In this document: positions 12,150-24,358 of the stretch, piece after piece
Layout: the number at the start of each line of letters is the position of its first letter
Position numbering within the stretch: position 1 is the stretch's first letter
From: Neoechinorhynchus agilis
Taxonomy: Eukaryota > Animalia > Acanthocephala
Assembly: GCA_051530055.1 (NCBI GenBank)
Contig: CM121341.1
Location: forward strand, 11,634,784-11,698,783
DNA: 64,000 nucleotides
Direction: 5' to 3'
Notes under the pieces: generated by a model
What the model saw: only the letters and a program-made list of their open reading frames with translations
Databases searched by the model: none
Told to the model about the DNA's origin: nothing
Position numbers and translations under genes: made by a program

Positions 12150-12735
12150 TTACAAGTTGAACTAGATACCTAAGTTCCCCAGATCGACATTCTTCTTAAG
12201 TTCATGGCTGGACGAAAGTGGCCGTTTTAAGAAAAGGATACATTGATTAACCTGAAGGATTTTCTGTGTCAATGGTTTCAAGAAGTGTACCTGCAGTACG
12301 GCTTCACTTTTCTTGTCGACGGTGATGAAAAAACCGCAATGCTCATTGGTTCACTATTGAAAGCATGAAACCTAGCTAGATGAAGGTTTATTTGTCGTCG
12401 TCTGTGTATCCAGAATTTATCAACTCAACGAAGGATTTTTTCGAGAAGACGTAGAAGAGTTTGAAAGCTACTCGATTGTGTATTCCACTATTTTTCCCAA
12501 ACTAATGAAGCAGCAGTCCAAGCATCGTATTGCTTTGCCCAGCTCTTTGCGTAACGCAAAACACTACACGCAATTGCAGCTTGTAAAACCGGCTCCAATC
12601 GAAATGGTCAAGACCGGCGACGCACGAGCAGGTGTATTCCTGCGACAAAATATCTCGCCCGCAGTACAACGAGGCAATGCTGCCAGCGTGATGGCGATAG
12701 CGGTGGTGATTGCACGTTTTGTGCTTTATTGTTGT
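12150..12735 (+). mobile_element. CRE-like RLE non-LTR retrotransposon 3' relic
   Basis: KTGDARAGVFLRQNISPAVQRGNAASV is the CRE C-terminal motif; its 3' tail cggtgg(t/c)gattgcacgttttgt(g/a)ctttat recurs inverted at ~11441-11468. The 5' boundary is approximate. Confidence 0.7.
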
Positions 12736-12864
12736 AAAACGTATTGTATTTACTTTCTAGAAATAAATTCTACTCCTTGAAAAAAATGTTGTATGTGCGT
12801 TTTATTCGAACGCTAAAACACAAACTTCACTTCTCCCTAAAAATCTTTTTCAGTTCAACTTTAG

Positions 12865-13302
12865 ATGGTCAATTTTAGATTAAGTTCTGTTTTGCTCCAC
12901 GGATTTCAACATGCGCGAGGTGGATACAGATCTAAACCGAGATCAGACAACCGACGAGGAAGGCAACAAGTGAGAAGATTGGCTTTTGATTTTCACGGTA
13001 GGCTTCGGACGTGTTTTCGACTTGCTCGAAGACAAGCTGCGATGACTATGAAGTATGAAACGACAATTCATAGAAAGTTAGAAAAGCTTTTAAGTTGCGA
13101 ACTTTACATGAACCGTATGGACGCAGCCGCGCAGCAACATGGAATTGCAGGGCATGAAGTTTACAGTGCAATGACAAGAATGAACGTGCAGCTTGAGCCA
13201 AAAATTATGGCTGATTTCGCCATTTATGAACCCAAAACTTTCCAGTGTCTTTGCATCGCTGCTAAACAATACATAACCGACACTGAAATGGAGCGGCAGT
13301 AA
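12865..13302 (+). CDS. MRPL20: Mitochondrial ribosomal protein L20 (bL20m), intronless, 145 aa
   Basis: RRLAFDFHGRLRTCFRLARR...NRMDAAAQQHG...KIMADFAIYEPKTFQCL matches the bL20m signature (LADLAIYEPKTF); Arg-rich N-terminal targeting-like segment. Confidence 0.93.
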   Translation: MVNFRLSSVLLHGFQHARGGYRSKPRSDNRRGRQQVRRLAFDFHGRLRTCFRLARRQAAMTMKYETTIHRKLEKLLSCELYMNRMDAAAQQHGIAGHEVYSAMTRMNVQLEPKIMADFAIYEPKTFQCLCIAAKQYITDTEMERQ

Positions 13303-13369
13303 TAAAGGTTTAAAGAGTGACTTTAAAAATAAATCCATCTTTATCGAGGAAACATTATTCTGAATGTTT

Positions 13370-16300
13370 TTATTTTGCAGTATAGAAAACATGATGGCAC
13401 ATTTGAACCATTGCTTGGAGGAAAGGATGACCATCGAGAGACTGACATCTCGACCCAAGTGACTGCTTCCTTTTTGTCTCACTTCTTTGAAATGATTCTC
13501 GTATTTTCAGGTCGGTGAAGACTTTGCTGAACAAGCAGTCGAACTGCGTTTTAAGTTGAAGACGAATATTGTAGTGCCACGGTGTTTTCAGGCTACGTCT
13601 TATATTCTTGTGAAGATACAAAATGGCTTGAGACATCGCTAATGTAAGAAGTTGTTCAAAGAAAGCCTCTAAAAGTATGGATGGGCGCCGTGTGTTAAGA
13701 CCCATGACGACGGCAGCTGTTCCAATGCAGTCATTGAACGAGCAATCCGGATGAGGCGGTCGATCATTTGGAAACGATAGTAGAATGTCGTATTCGTACG
13801 TGCGGAACACAATCGACGTGCAAAGATCGGCGAGATTTGGCGATTGAGCCAAAAGAACTGAGAGACATGATAATCCAGTTCGGACGAGCGAGTCAATGTC
13901 ACGGTGTTCACTTGTCTCGATTAAATCAAGGACACGATGGAACATTCGAGTAATTTCCCTTGTTGCTTGACTAAGACGTTCATGGACGTTCACTTTGTTC
14001 GGCATCGTTATGTGAAACTTCATGAGACGAACCAGCTGATTGGTGATTTGGCACCAAGCGTGCAACAAGCGACTGTTCTCTTTTGAGTCTTCGATTTTCC
14101 AGTCCCCCGGTCTTTGCGGATCATTTACAAGAAAATACTCGAGAGCTTGTTCGAAGAATTCGTTCTTCAGCTTGTTAAGAAGCCGCGCTACCAAATAAGT
14201 TACCAAGAGCCGTGAATGTTTTCCCATGTTAACCAATGTCGATATTGACAGATGAGGAAGCATTAAGCGTGCCTTTGTTTCGTCCTCAGCAAGTCGCCAC
14301 AACGCACAAAGCACCGAACGAGTGAGTTCGATCGACAAGTCACATTCGACAATCAAAGACGTCAATTTCGAGGGATGTAATGAATGGAGAATACTGGGGT
14401 GAAATCGACTCAAAACTGACATTGAAAAACTGCTCGCAGTTCTTGGAGAAATTAACAAATCAACGTCGAATGGCAAATGTCCATCCGGACAAGTACAAGC
14501 TACGAGAAGAGCGCATTCCAAGGATTGCTCGTCTCCTATCTCTGGTCGAGAAAATCTTTGCCCTGTCAATTTAACATCTTTGCTGCTAATGACCTTTCCT
14601 TCAAACGTCAGCCAATAATAAAGGTCAAGTACGTGTGGTACCATATAATAAGGACAGGCTTCTGCTAGTCGGATAAGACAATTTAAGATCGCTTGATCTA
14701 GTGTTTCACAAGACATCATAGCTGATCGCAATGCACAGAAGAGATCATTATTCAGCGTTTTTGTGGACATCGGACACGTTCGTGTACTATAAATGAACGT
14801 TCAGTCACACAAAAATGCTGCCTAGTCTTCTGCTCAATAAAAGGCATCTCATCTGTCCTTTCCCACCCGTAAAGCAAAATCGGAGTCCAGAAATTGGGGA
14901 TAACGTTTAATACATTCTGGTGAATCTTTGGGAAAAGAGGACTTATGACAACGCACATGGCAAAGCATTCAATTCGATCTGCGTCTGAATCACAAAATTC
15001 CGCGTCAAGAACAAATAGAAACTGTATATCCGCCATTAGTTCTTGTTCGTATTTCTTGGAAGCTCGTTTGAGTGATTCACATCCAATTTGTAGCACTGCA
15101 ATAATCGTACTCAGCTTCGCTGTTACGAGTGGGTAACGCCGATCACAGGACGCAGTCGCAAGAGCGTCTATCAAAACTGAACTGCTGAACAATCTGTGTT
15201 GGTGATCACTTTGTTCGGTACAAATAGCTCTAATGAACTCGAAAGCAGCTTTCTTTGCACTGAATGCTCCATCCTCATCGCTGAAGGATTTCGATCTTAA
15301 CGACTCAATCAAAATTCTAAGGAAAACATCTTCTTTGCATAATTCGGGACTTGCGTTTCTTATCAAAATACTTGTGAGTGTAAGGGATTCCACGCACAGG
15401 GCGGTGGCGCACAATTCAATTGTAGTTTCCTGGTTGCTTTGATAAATGGCGAAAGTCAACAGTTTGGTAAGAATGCATGGATCATGAGTGAGCGACGTGT
15501 GTATGAGAATCTGTGGAACAGTTTCAATTATAAAAATACAGGTCGAAAGAGTTCGGATTTCTACTGCATCAGATCGGTCTTCATATAAGACATGACCTCG
15601 GAGGAATACAACTTGTAAGAATGCGAGAAATAATCGCGGATTGGTCATGGCGCGCCCGCTAAGTGTTTTTGCCATAAGAAAATCGGCCACTTGAACGAGT
15701 ATTCGAGATTTAAGTTCGCAGTTGGACGTTTTCGCCAAAGATATTACAACGTCGACCATCGACTCCTTCGACGGATCAAGTGCAAGAGATAAAGTATCCA
15801 AAGGAACTTGACTAAGATATATTTTGTTGCTTTCGCAAAGAAGACAAATGCATTGTTCGAGTAGATCCACAGGCAATCGTTTTAGAGTCATTGATGTCGC
15901 GGTGTTCAAGAATCCGGATACTGACTGTGTACATCGGTCGACAAATGATTGAACCGATGGAATTTGTCGGAGATTTCTGGCGAGTCTTACAATGTGAATG
16001 GCACGCTCAATGAGGGTAGAATTGACGCATCGATTTATGTGACAGTGGTATTTGCAGATCGCAAAGGAGAAAAGCGTAAAAGCTCTTTTGGAAAGATTTT
16101 AAATTGACAAATTTTAGGCCACAAGGCGATCGAGATTTAATTTCAAAGACCATTGTCATCTTCTAAAAGAACATAATGCAGCAGACTCCAACAAAGCTCA
16201 TATCCATTAAATGATGCATGCAAAAGAACGAAACCATGATCTCTCGATTGACACCGTATTCGGTCTACAACTCTCACCTTCCCGTATTTAAAATTTAGAC

Positions 16301-17387
16301 AGTTCTCTAACGTTTGTGATTGTTCCGGAGCAAACATTTTCTCGAATTCGCACAATGTTCTCAACTGAGAAAATGATTGAACTACTTCTTTCGACTTTTC
16401 CGTTGAGTATTTGACCATCGCAATGAAGATGGGCAGAACCGAACAAGTGGACGCTGGAAAGAATGAAATACTCTGAACAAGCATCCCTACGACGGCGCGT
16501 GTATCGATCATCTTTTCCGACGATGAGGACAACGCATTCACTGTTTTGGATGTCGCTGTCGCCGCAAGGATTCTAAAGGACGACGCTATATCGTCTTCAT
16601 TCCAATCAGTTCGATTCAAAATACATCGAAAATATCTGCTGAACATTGGCCAGATAAGTTGGCCGAACTTACAGTTAGTATTGGAATAATCTTGTAAGAT
16701 GCGTTCAATAGACTGAATTGGAATTTCTCGAAGTCGTTCAATCAGCGAGTCCTTATCGGTTGGCGTCGACAGAGTGAGTGCGAGTGACACTAACGGATTT
16801 GCTTCTTTTGAAATTAACTTTCCAATTGCTTCCAGAATTGAACGGTCCTTGACTTTAATAGTGATGTCGTGATCACTGCAACGAAACGAGAGACAATTTA
16901 CGTTAAGAATATGTACAATAATCATCGCGGGAAGCATTTGGCTTAATCGTGAAAACTCTGGAATCTGTTCAATAAAAGAAGTCCAATCGATTCCTTTAAC
17001 TGTTCTCACACAATCCAAGCATGCCATTTGAACATCCTCTGGAACATTTTTCTTTACAGAAACTTCAATCACCTTTTTTAGCGATTCTTCGAGTGTCCTT
17101 ATCAAGATTTGAACACTTGGTGGTTCACAGGACAAAATTTTTGAGGCTAATCGTAATGCATACTTTCGTTCGCTGTCGATCAAGGCCTGCCTTTCCAATC
17201 GAGCAAACCCTCTTTGCCTAGTTACTTCGAGCACTTCCTTTATTGACTCATGATCAGCGGGGCCATTGAACAGTGAACTAAAATATTTGTTCAGATCAGT
17301 GTTCTCGCATATCCAATTGGCAAGTTCAGGCGTTCTTTGTTCGCACACACTGTGGAAGTACGATCGAAAGGTTTTACAGGATGCCAT
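13370..17387 (-). CDS. Large unidentified Leu/Cys-rich, probably helical protein in three collinear ORFs (16143-17387, 14752-15909 open upstream to ~16095, 13370-14770)
   Basis: Three long same-strand ORFs abut or overlap in different frames; uniform composition suggests one ~1300-aa ARM/HEAT-like gene. The junctions are unresolved (frameshifts or short introns). Confidence 0.65.
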
Positions 17388-17903
17388 TGAAATCTGAAAT
17401 CCCGTAATCGGATCAGAGTATAAATCCCTATCAAAAATAATTTTTTATATCGACATAAAAAAACAATCGAGCATTTCTTAAACTTTGTCCACTTATTTTT
17501 AATTTAAAAAATCTTTATCCACTCAATCCAATCCAAAATTCCCATACAATCATCAACGAACAGTTCAAATTTAAAAATATAAAGAGTGCAAGTCAATGGC
17601 TGACCAAAAGTGAAATCAGATAAGTGATCGTATTCTTCCGGATATAATAACAAATTCAATGTGAAAAAACAGGAAAAGAATAAGTGGTTGGTAAAATTGT
17701 TTTTGGTTTATTTGATTTTGGTTGGTTAAGTTGTTAGGTTGTTCTTTTCCGTTCTTTCCTCCAAACTAATTCGCATTTGGAGGATTGAGCAATGGGGATG
17801 AAATTGAGCCGTCGTGTGAACGAAGAAGATGAACAATTTACACTTTAGGGCCCCACCATTGTCAGTGCCCAGTTTCCACAAAAATTATGTTTCAAGATTG
17901 AGC

Positions 17904-18128
17904 TGTTCATATTGGTTGTTTTCTGACGAAGAAATTAAAATGATTTTATTTTAAAATCCGGTTGGTTTCGGAGGCGCAATCTTCTGTATCGAGGTTGATA
18001 AAGTGTTTTATTCGTAATTGAATGTCTAAACACTTTAACAACCTTGACAAAGAAGGCACAAGATTGTGTGCCGAAATATCGGATTTTAAAATAAAATCGC
18101 TAATTTCTTCGCCAGAAAACAACAAAAA
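17904..18128. mobile_element. MITE-like palindromic element
   Basis: TIR ttttctgacgaagaaattaaaatgattttattttaaaatccg / cggattttaaaataaaatcgctaatttcttcgccagaaaa; related shorter copy at ~47530-47656. Confidence 0.7.
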
Positions 18129-19079
18129 TCAGTGGAAAGGATCGTAGTATTTTCTGTAAATCCTTTCTGTTTCGTCATGGTATCGATTTTTTACTTCAGT
18201 CCTCAAAATTACAAGTCGGTTAATGTTAAGATTTGTAAAATTGAAACAAAGTGAGACCCTAAAGTGTAAATTGTACCTCGAGCTAAAATAGTCCGCGCAG
18301 ATCTCTACTCCACATTCTTATTATGTCCAGCTCCTAATAAAAATTGTTTTTAAGTTTCATGTATCTCGTTTCGAAACGTAGTCGATTCAGGGAACCCTAT
18401 TATTTTGAGCTGCAGAGAAAAGAAATTAAAGGGAGGAAATATAATTTCCGTAATTCCATGAAAAAGGGCACAGCAAATGTCTACAATAAAAACTTCATAC
18501 TCCACAACGTGAAAAGAAAAAATTTCATATCAAAATCAAATTTCAATCGGAAATGCAAAATTAACTCTTTATCACATTGTCCAAAATAAATTTTGATTTT
18601 TTGAGCCTTTAATTTTTAGAAGAAATTTTTCAAGAATTCAAATATGTTTATTAAAAAATTATCAAAAACCTGAAAAAATAGATCTTAAAATTGGATTATC
18701 TTCGCATCCTGAAATAAAGGACTTCAAATTGGCGGATCTCATTTTGGTAGTTTTCTTGATCGATATTGAAAGAAATGCGTTTACAATTTTACATAATATT
18801 TAATTTGATGTGTGGTTGATCGATTTTTAAACGTTTTATAAATCATTGCTTCCTCGTCACCTTCCACGTCTTACGAAAGGAATTCTTTGAATACTAGTCG
18901 TCTTTGAATACTCAATCAACATTATTTTTTAACAACTAAGCATTAAATATTGCTTTAGTAAACTAGAAAATATTTGTATTTTTCACACAACGCTAACTTT
19001 GTTGAATGGGTTTCATGCACTAGCATGAAACCCTTAAGAGTTCCAAACGCAAATATCATCGTTGAACTTGTTTGCATTC

Positions 19080-20095
19080 AGACCGAAGAACATTAACCCA
19101 CATCATCGTCTATTAAAGAAAAGGCAAAAGGGAATCAATTTGTGTGTGCCACAAACGGACTACTAAATGCGAGAAATTTCTATAAATAGTCACACAACGC
19201 AGGGGATACCCGCGGACATATGAACCCCGTACCTCGGGAATCGTGATTCAGCGTGCTCGAGCCATACAATACAAAGAAACCTTTATCGGTGACTGATGAG
19301 GCTTCCTCCCGAAATATTTCGTATCAATGAAATAGGTTTTATCTGGCTTTTTCCTCACCCAAATTCAAACTTCTCTAGAACCAATAGAGGAAAAACCTAT
19401 TAGAAAGCACAGAAAAGATACTGATTTTGTTGGTTTTTTGCATTCTCATTTTACCAATAAACTGTCATCGATAAGCTTCGTTAGAAATACTATCGAAACG
19501 TATTTATTTGATTCGCGTCCTCCATAAAATAATATCCAAATTTATACAAGAGAGGCATTACTATATAAAAGGAAACAGGAGGGAACAGACTAACCTACCC
19601 CAATGACCGATTTGGGCTATGAGTGACCTTAATCGAATTAAAAATACACGTATCATGAAGTTAGAAAGAGGCATAGGATTCTGTATAGCAGATGAGGACC
19701 ACTACCATAGGATGTCTTTTGATGTCCTATCGGGTCCCGAGTTCCGATCAAATGATGAATGCCCCACTATGAAACGAGAAAAAAATGTTGAATCAATTCT
19801 TACTAACGCTGGAGAAACGTGGAAGGATTGATTCTGAAATATACCAAAAACATCGATCCAGCAATGGAAAAATACCGAATATGTACTTAGTTTCCATTAA
19901 AAGCCCCAACAATTATTGCCTCACATTTTGCATATAATACCAGATCATCTAGAACATTGGCTCACATGTTACGAAATTCAATGCCGAAGGACAAGCACAC
20001 CGTATAATCGAGTGTAGAGTTCCTGGGAGACCGAAGGCACACAGCAATACATAATATAAAATGATTTCTGCTGATGTCAAGTCTCTATTCACAAA
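19080..20095 (+). mobile_element. Penelope-like element A, 5' half (pLTR with hammerhead, RT N-terminal part), broken at the SLFTN motif
   Basis: IMKLERGIGFCIADEDHY (DKG-like region) and KMISADVKSLFTN (PLE RT motif); hammerhead core at 19293. Confidence 0.8.
19287..19322 (+). ncRNA. Minimal type-I hammerhead motif in PLE-A pLTR
   Basis: GTGA-CTGATGA-GG-CTTCCTC-CC-GAA-ATAT-T-TCGT: all core nucleotides intact, palindromic stem III, weak 2-bp stem II. Confidence 0.6.
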
Positions 20096-21045
20096 TCATC
20101 ACTAAATTTTAGTTTGTCCCTTATACCCGGCTTATTTTTTAAGGCATAAAGCCAAACCAATTACATCAGAGAAGTGATATAACCGCATAGTCTGTAATAC
20201 ACGGTTAAAAGTTTGTACATTCCTCCGGATTCTCAGATACCTCCAGGAGGCGGGACCAATCAGCGAGTTTCCTCCTTCAGCGGCATTTCGTCCCCTTTGG
20301 TTGTGCGTCATTGGTGGTACCGGATTCGAAAGGACTATTTCAGTGATACCAAAGCGCTTCCTTGGTCGGATAACTTTTTCAACGGACCTCGTGACTGTCA
20401 TCTCGTCATCGAGAACGTTTTGGATCCGAACTTTCCCATCAGAAATTCTGTACTTCATCTGATTTTTGTACGTCGTATTTAGTTATTTATAACATTATCG
20501 GGGCATTTGTTCAGTGAATTCAATTCACTTTTGGAGAATGCGTGTTTGGATTTATTCACGATGTAACTATGCTGTTCGAATGCTTGAGGTTTTAATTGTT
20601 CAAGTTTCTTCGTGTAGCTGATTGTTATATTTTGATTAGCAAGTGGGATTCGTAAATTGGCGTACTGATTAACTCTTATGATCGCAAATCCCCAGAATGA
20701 CGCCAATTGTTTTTGCATTTTTCAATACGGTTCCACATTTCGTTAGTCTCGAATATTATCATTTTCTTAGAAAAGAAATTTTGAAGTTGAGAATCTTTGA
20801 ACCCTATGATTCCGGATCTGATTATTGCACACTGGGGAGTACCACAAAAAAGAATTTGATCACTCTAAAAGTTTATACAAATGTTTTTGAGTAACCTTAT
20901 CAAATGTGTGAATGGATGTGAATATTTTATTCCACAATTACTCCTCTAACACCATTTTGGTTTTTGTGGAGATAATTTAATTTTTTTATCAAAGAGGAGT
21001 TTAAAGGGCTCAAATTATTTGCGATGTACCAAATAAATATACAAC
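20096..21045 (-). repeat. Left arm of ~950-bp inverted repeat (inverted copy of PLE-B 40148-41133)
   Basis: Reverse complement of 40148-41133 throughout (the ORF track shows near-identical QKQL..CPDNVINN peptides at 20479-20718 and 40475-40714); lacks a 36-bp segment present in the right arm. Confidence 0.95.
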
Positions 21046-21146
21046 ACTACTCGTTTGCTGCCTGTATCTTTAATAAAGTTTTAGTTTGCCAGCGCGATCT
21101 GTAGAGCAAAAAGGGTGCGATAATCATTCAATTAATTTTCGCATTT

Positions 21147-21770
21147 TTAAGCCACCATTCTCACGAACACTAAAATTCTCGCATATCGACATCCGTATTT
21201 ATTTACAACTAAAATCTCTAACTCAATGGATTCTAAGTCAATAAGTTCCGTTCCCCGGTCCACTTTCGAATGGTCCGTATTGAGCTGTTGCAACATTCTC
21301 AATAAGACGGGCGATTGTGACAAGCCAATTAAATACCAAGTGTAATTTAACATGGCTTCACTTTTAATATAATTATTGTTCATCGTCATTGATGGCTGAT
21401 TAAGCAGAATTTGTTTCTTTACAGTCTTAGATCTTTTGTTTGCCGGTCGGTTCCCGTTATTGGTGTTGATTTTTCTTTTTCTATTACCGGTCGTCATCTC
21501 GTCTTTAAGCTCTTCATTGCCAAGATTTTTCGTTTCCTTTTTATCCAGATTTTTTCGTGATCGTCCAGAATGTAGTTTACCGAAAACACTGGAGACCACG
21601 ATCTTCCCTAAATCGTCCTTAAACTTCATCGTAGCTGTTTTTTCCATTTTATCCGTTCCAGGAACGCTACGTAGTAATTCGGGATTACTGCAAATAGATG
21701 TTTGTAAATCAAAAGACGATGTTGATATTTGCTTTACGTTGACTTTGTTTGGATCAGTTTTATCGTTCAT
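21147..21770 (-). CDS. Orphan 207-aa ORF, Lys/Asn-rich with NLS-like RKRK and KRSK
   Basis: ATG-initiated intact ORF; degraded paralogues at ~22180-22640 and ~37370-37830 share TATMK.KDD, GNRKRKIN and YLIGLSQSPV. Confidence 0.5.
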   Translation of the reverse strand: MNDKTDPNKVNVKQISTSSFDLQTSICSNPELLRSVPGTDKMEKTATMKFKDDLGKIVVSSVFGKLHSGRSRKNLDKKETKNLGNEELKDEMTTGNRKRKINTNNGNRPANKRSKTVKKQILLNQPSMTMNNNYIKSEAMLNYTWYLIGLSQSPVLLRMLQQLNTDHSKVDRGTELIDLESIELEILVVNKYGCRYARILVFVRMVA

Positions 21771-22179
21771 GATCCTTTATAATATCTGAAGAGAGCTGGA
21801 ATGTTTTATTTAGAAACAGTTATTTGGACAATTGAGCTGCAGGATCAATTCGAATTTTGTTATAAAGTTATAAAGCGATGAAAGCGTTAACAAAGAATTT
21901 CGGTCTTGATAAGAGAGGATGTGATAACCGATACCTATAAATATTGTTCGACAATCAAATCGATGCGAGTTATCACGAATATTTTGTTGACTAATATTTG
22001 CTAAGCTACATTTCGCGGTCGAACCTAGAACATTTTGCCATTTAGTAAATGTGCCACTCAAACTAACATCTGCAACGATAATATCGGTTATTTATGTGGC
22101 TTGTTTAATAATGCCTTGATTGAAGCTCTTTCTTTGGACCGTTGATACTTTATCGGAACAAAATAGTATTTTATCGTTG

Positions 22180-22640
22180 TCTCTATTATTCAGATCTTCG
22201 AGTTTACACTTAGTTTTGTGTGAATTCCGAGTAACGAAGTGCAGCTCCCCGGTCCTCTTTCGGATGGATTTTGAGCTATTTCAACATTCTTTATAAGACG
22301 GGCGATTGTGACAAACCGATTAAATACCGTGGTTCATTGTCACCGATGCCGTATTAAATTGAATTTGCTCCTTTGCGGTTTTCGATTTTTTGTTTACCGG
22401 TTGTTTCCGTGATTATTATTGATTTTTCGTTTCCTATTACCAGCAGTCACTTTGTCATTCTACTTTTCCTCAACAAGATTTTTCGTTTCCTTCTCTACGT
22501 CGTCCTTGGGCTTCATCGTAGCTGTCCTTTCCGTTTGATTGGTGGCAGGAATTCTTTTAATAACTCGGAATCATTGTAAATAAATGCTTATAAATCAAAA
22601 GGCGGTGGAGACAGGCAGCAGCAAAAGTTTTCTTGTTGAA
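22180..22640 (-). pseudogene. Disrupted paralogue of the 21147-21770 ORF
   Basis: TATMKPKDDVEKETKNL, GNRKRKINNNHG and YLIGLSQSPV are recognisable, with stops, frameshifts and deletions. Confidence 0.7.
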
Positions 22641-23629
22641 AAGGAGTTCATTGTAAAGGTGTTTGTAGGTGCCGTTCAAAAAGGAGTGGAATCAAAACAA
22701 TGAAATCCAGAAAATACGCTTAGAGCTAATAAATATGGTCTATTTTTCACAGAATCAGCGGGCGAATTGCTTTCAGTCGAATGATTTTGCGAATTGTTCA
22801 CTATGACAACTTTTAATCAATTTACTAAAAATCATCCTTAGTTTCAAAAGCTTTAAAGTAGCAGCGACGAATAGAATTTCCAAAATGAACGTCTTTTCGA
22901 TGTTGGGTCTTGGTTAAAGCCGAGATGTAAAAAGAGTAATCCATCGGAATATAATGTCAAATGTCATTCGATCAGAAATATTCAAATGTATTGAAATTTT
23001 CAAATGACTTTAATTATATAGCTACACCAAATTCCGATCGGTATGTGGTTGAATGCCGAAAATCCACTAAAGATACCGTCCGTTAGCAAGAAAGCCTCGA
23101 ATTGTAGAAGAAATTATAAAACTGAATAACTCATCGCTGTTTCACTCGCGTATCAATAAGGCAAACTATTTGCGAATAAAATAAAAAAACAAATTGCTTG
23201 CAATTGAATGACTTGGTCGCCATTGCAACTTTTGATAAATTTAATAAAATCAACCTTAGCTTTGAAAGTTTCGAAGAAGAAGCGACAAATATAACTCCCC
23301 AAATTAATGCCCTTTCGGCGTGGTCGTCCTAATTAAAACCGTGAGGCGAAATGAGCGATTGCTGAAAAACATTGCCGAATGTCGCTCCGTGAGAAGTATT
23401 CAAATATATTTAAAGTTTTAAACTACATTAATTTAAAGCGACTAACAATTGATTCCGATAGGTTTGAGTTGATTTGCGAATTACGAATCAGCAGAGTTCG
23501 AAATCGTAATTGGAAGTTTTGAGTTTTACTTGGTAGCAAAACGAACGTTACTACTTAGCAAATATCTCTCAATTATACAAAGTTTTCGTCGAAGTAGTCT
23601 CTGAAACAAAGGATTTCTCAGCATGCCAT

Positions 23630-24281
23630 AATCGTGGTGCATCTCAATCCTTCATTGGGGGATTCTTTGAAACGAAAAACTTCTCGGGATGCCGATGACC
23701 TCACAGTCATTACCATCGCATCTCCCGCTCTCTGCCTCTCCACTACCATGGACGAGCTCAACCATCCCATTTCCACGCTCTCCACCCTAAACCTCTATCT
23801 AAATTTATCCAAATCTTTTGAGCTTGTCCCCACATTTCCAAATGCTCTCCCTCTCCCCATCCAACGCTCATCTTCTCTTCGAACACTGGGCCTGATTTTA
23901 CAAGAAAAACCTTAAATGGGATTCCCACATTTCATTTACCTACTCTAAAGCAAACCCTCGTCTTTACCTCCTCGAACTCCTCCGGCATCTCGGCGTTTCT
24001 CCTAAACACCTTGCCCACTTTTATCTCTCTGCCATCCTTCCTATCCTTACATACGCCTTCCTCACTTTCCTCGTCCTTTCCGCCAATGCTCTCCATTCCC
24101 TCGAAACCTTCCACAAGAGAGCAGCGAGAATATGCGGGACTTCAGTCTCTCCCCTCGACGCCCACCTCCACGCCATTTTCTCCAAAAACGCCCATTTTAT
24201 TCCCTCATCTCTAAATACTCTTCTCTCGTAAACACCCGTAACCCCAACCTTTTTCATCCCCCTCCTCGCTCGAACCACCCT
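23630..24281 (+). mobile_element. L2/CR1-like LINE RT C-terminal relic (3'-truncated in this copy)
   Basis: DADDLTV (YADD-like), LNLSKS, SLRTLGLIL, LHSLETFHKRAARICG. Confidence 0.75.
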
Positions 24282-24358
24282 GCCAAAATCATTCAAATAA
24301 ACGTACAATTCAGAATTCTGAAAACATTAACAAAACGAAAAAATTGAAAGGTTTTCGT

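Larger units (their letters stand above)
21854..24281 (+). repeat. Segmental direct repeat, copy 1 (2.43 kb)
   Basis: Near-identical to 37044-39471 at a constant offset of 15190 (ORFs 22373/37563 and 23634/38824). Confidence 0.95.

Noticed and set aside
13090-17221. Short overlapping ORFs from the track (for example 13090-13482, 13669-13911, 14945-15136, 17021-17221)
   Set aside because: Alternate-frame or antisense shadows of MRPL20 and the large gene; similar shadows over TE relics elsewhere were also ignored.
19005-19050. 11-bp hairpin gggtttcatgc/gcatgaaaccc followed by gagttccaaacg
   Set aside because: May be another head-to-head relic of the hammerhead family, but it is too short and has no tail or TSD.
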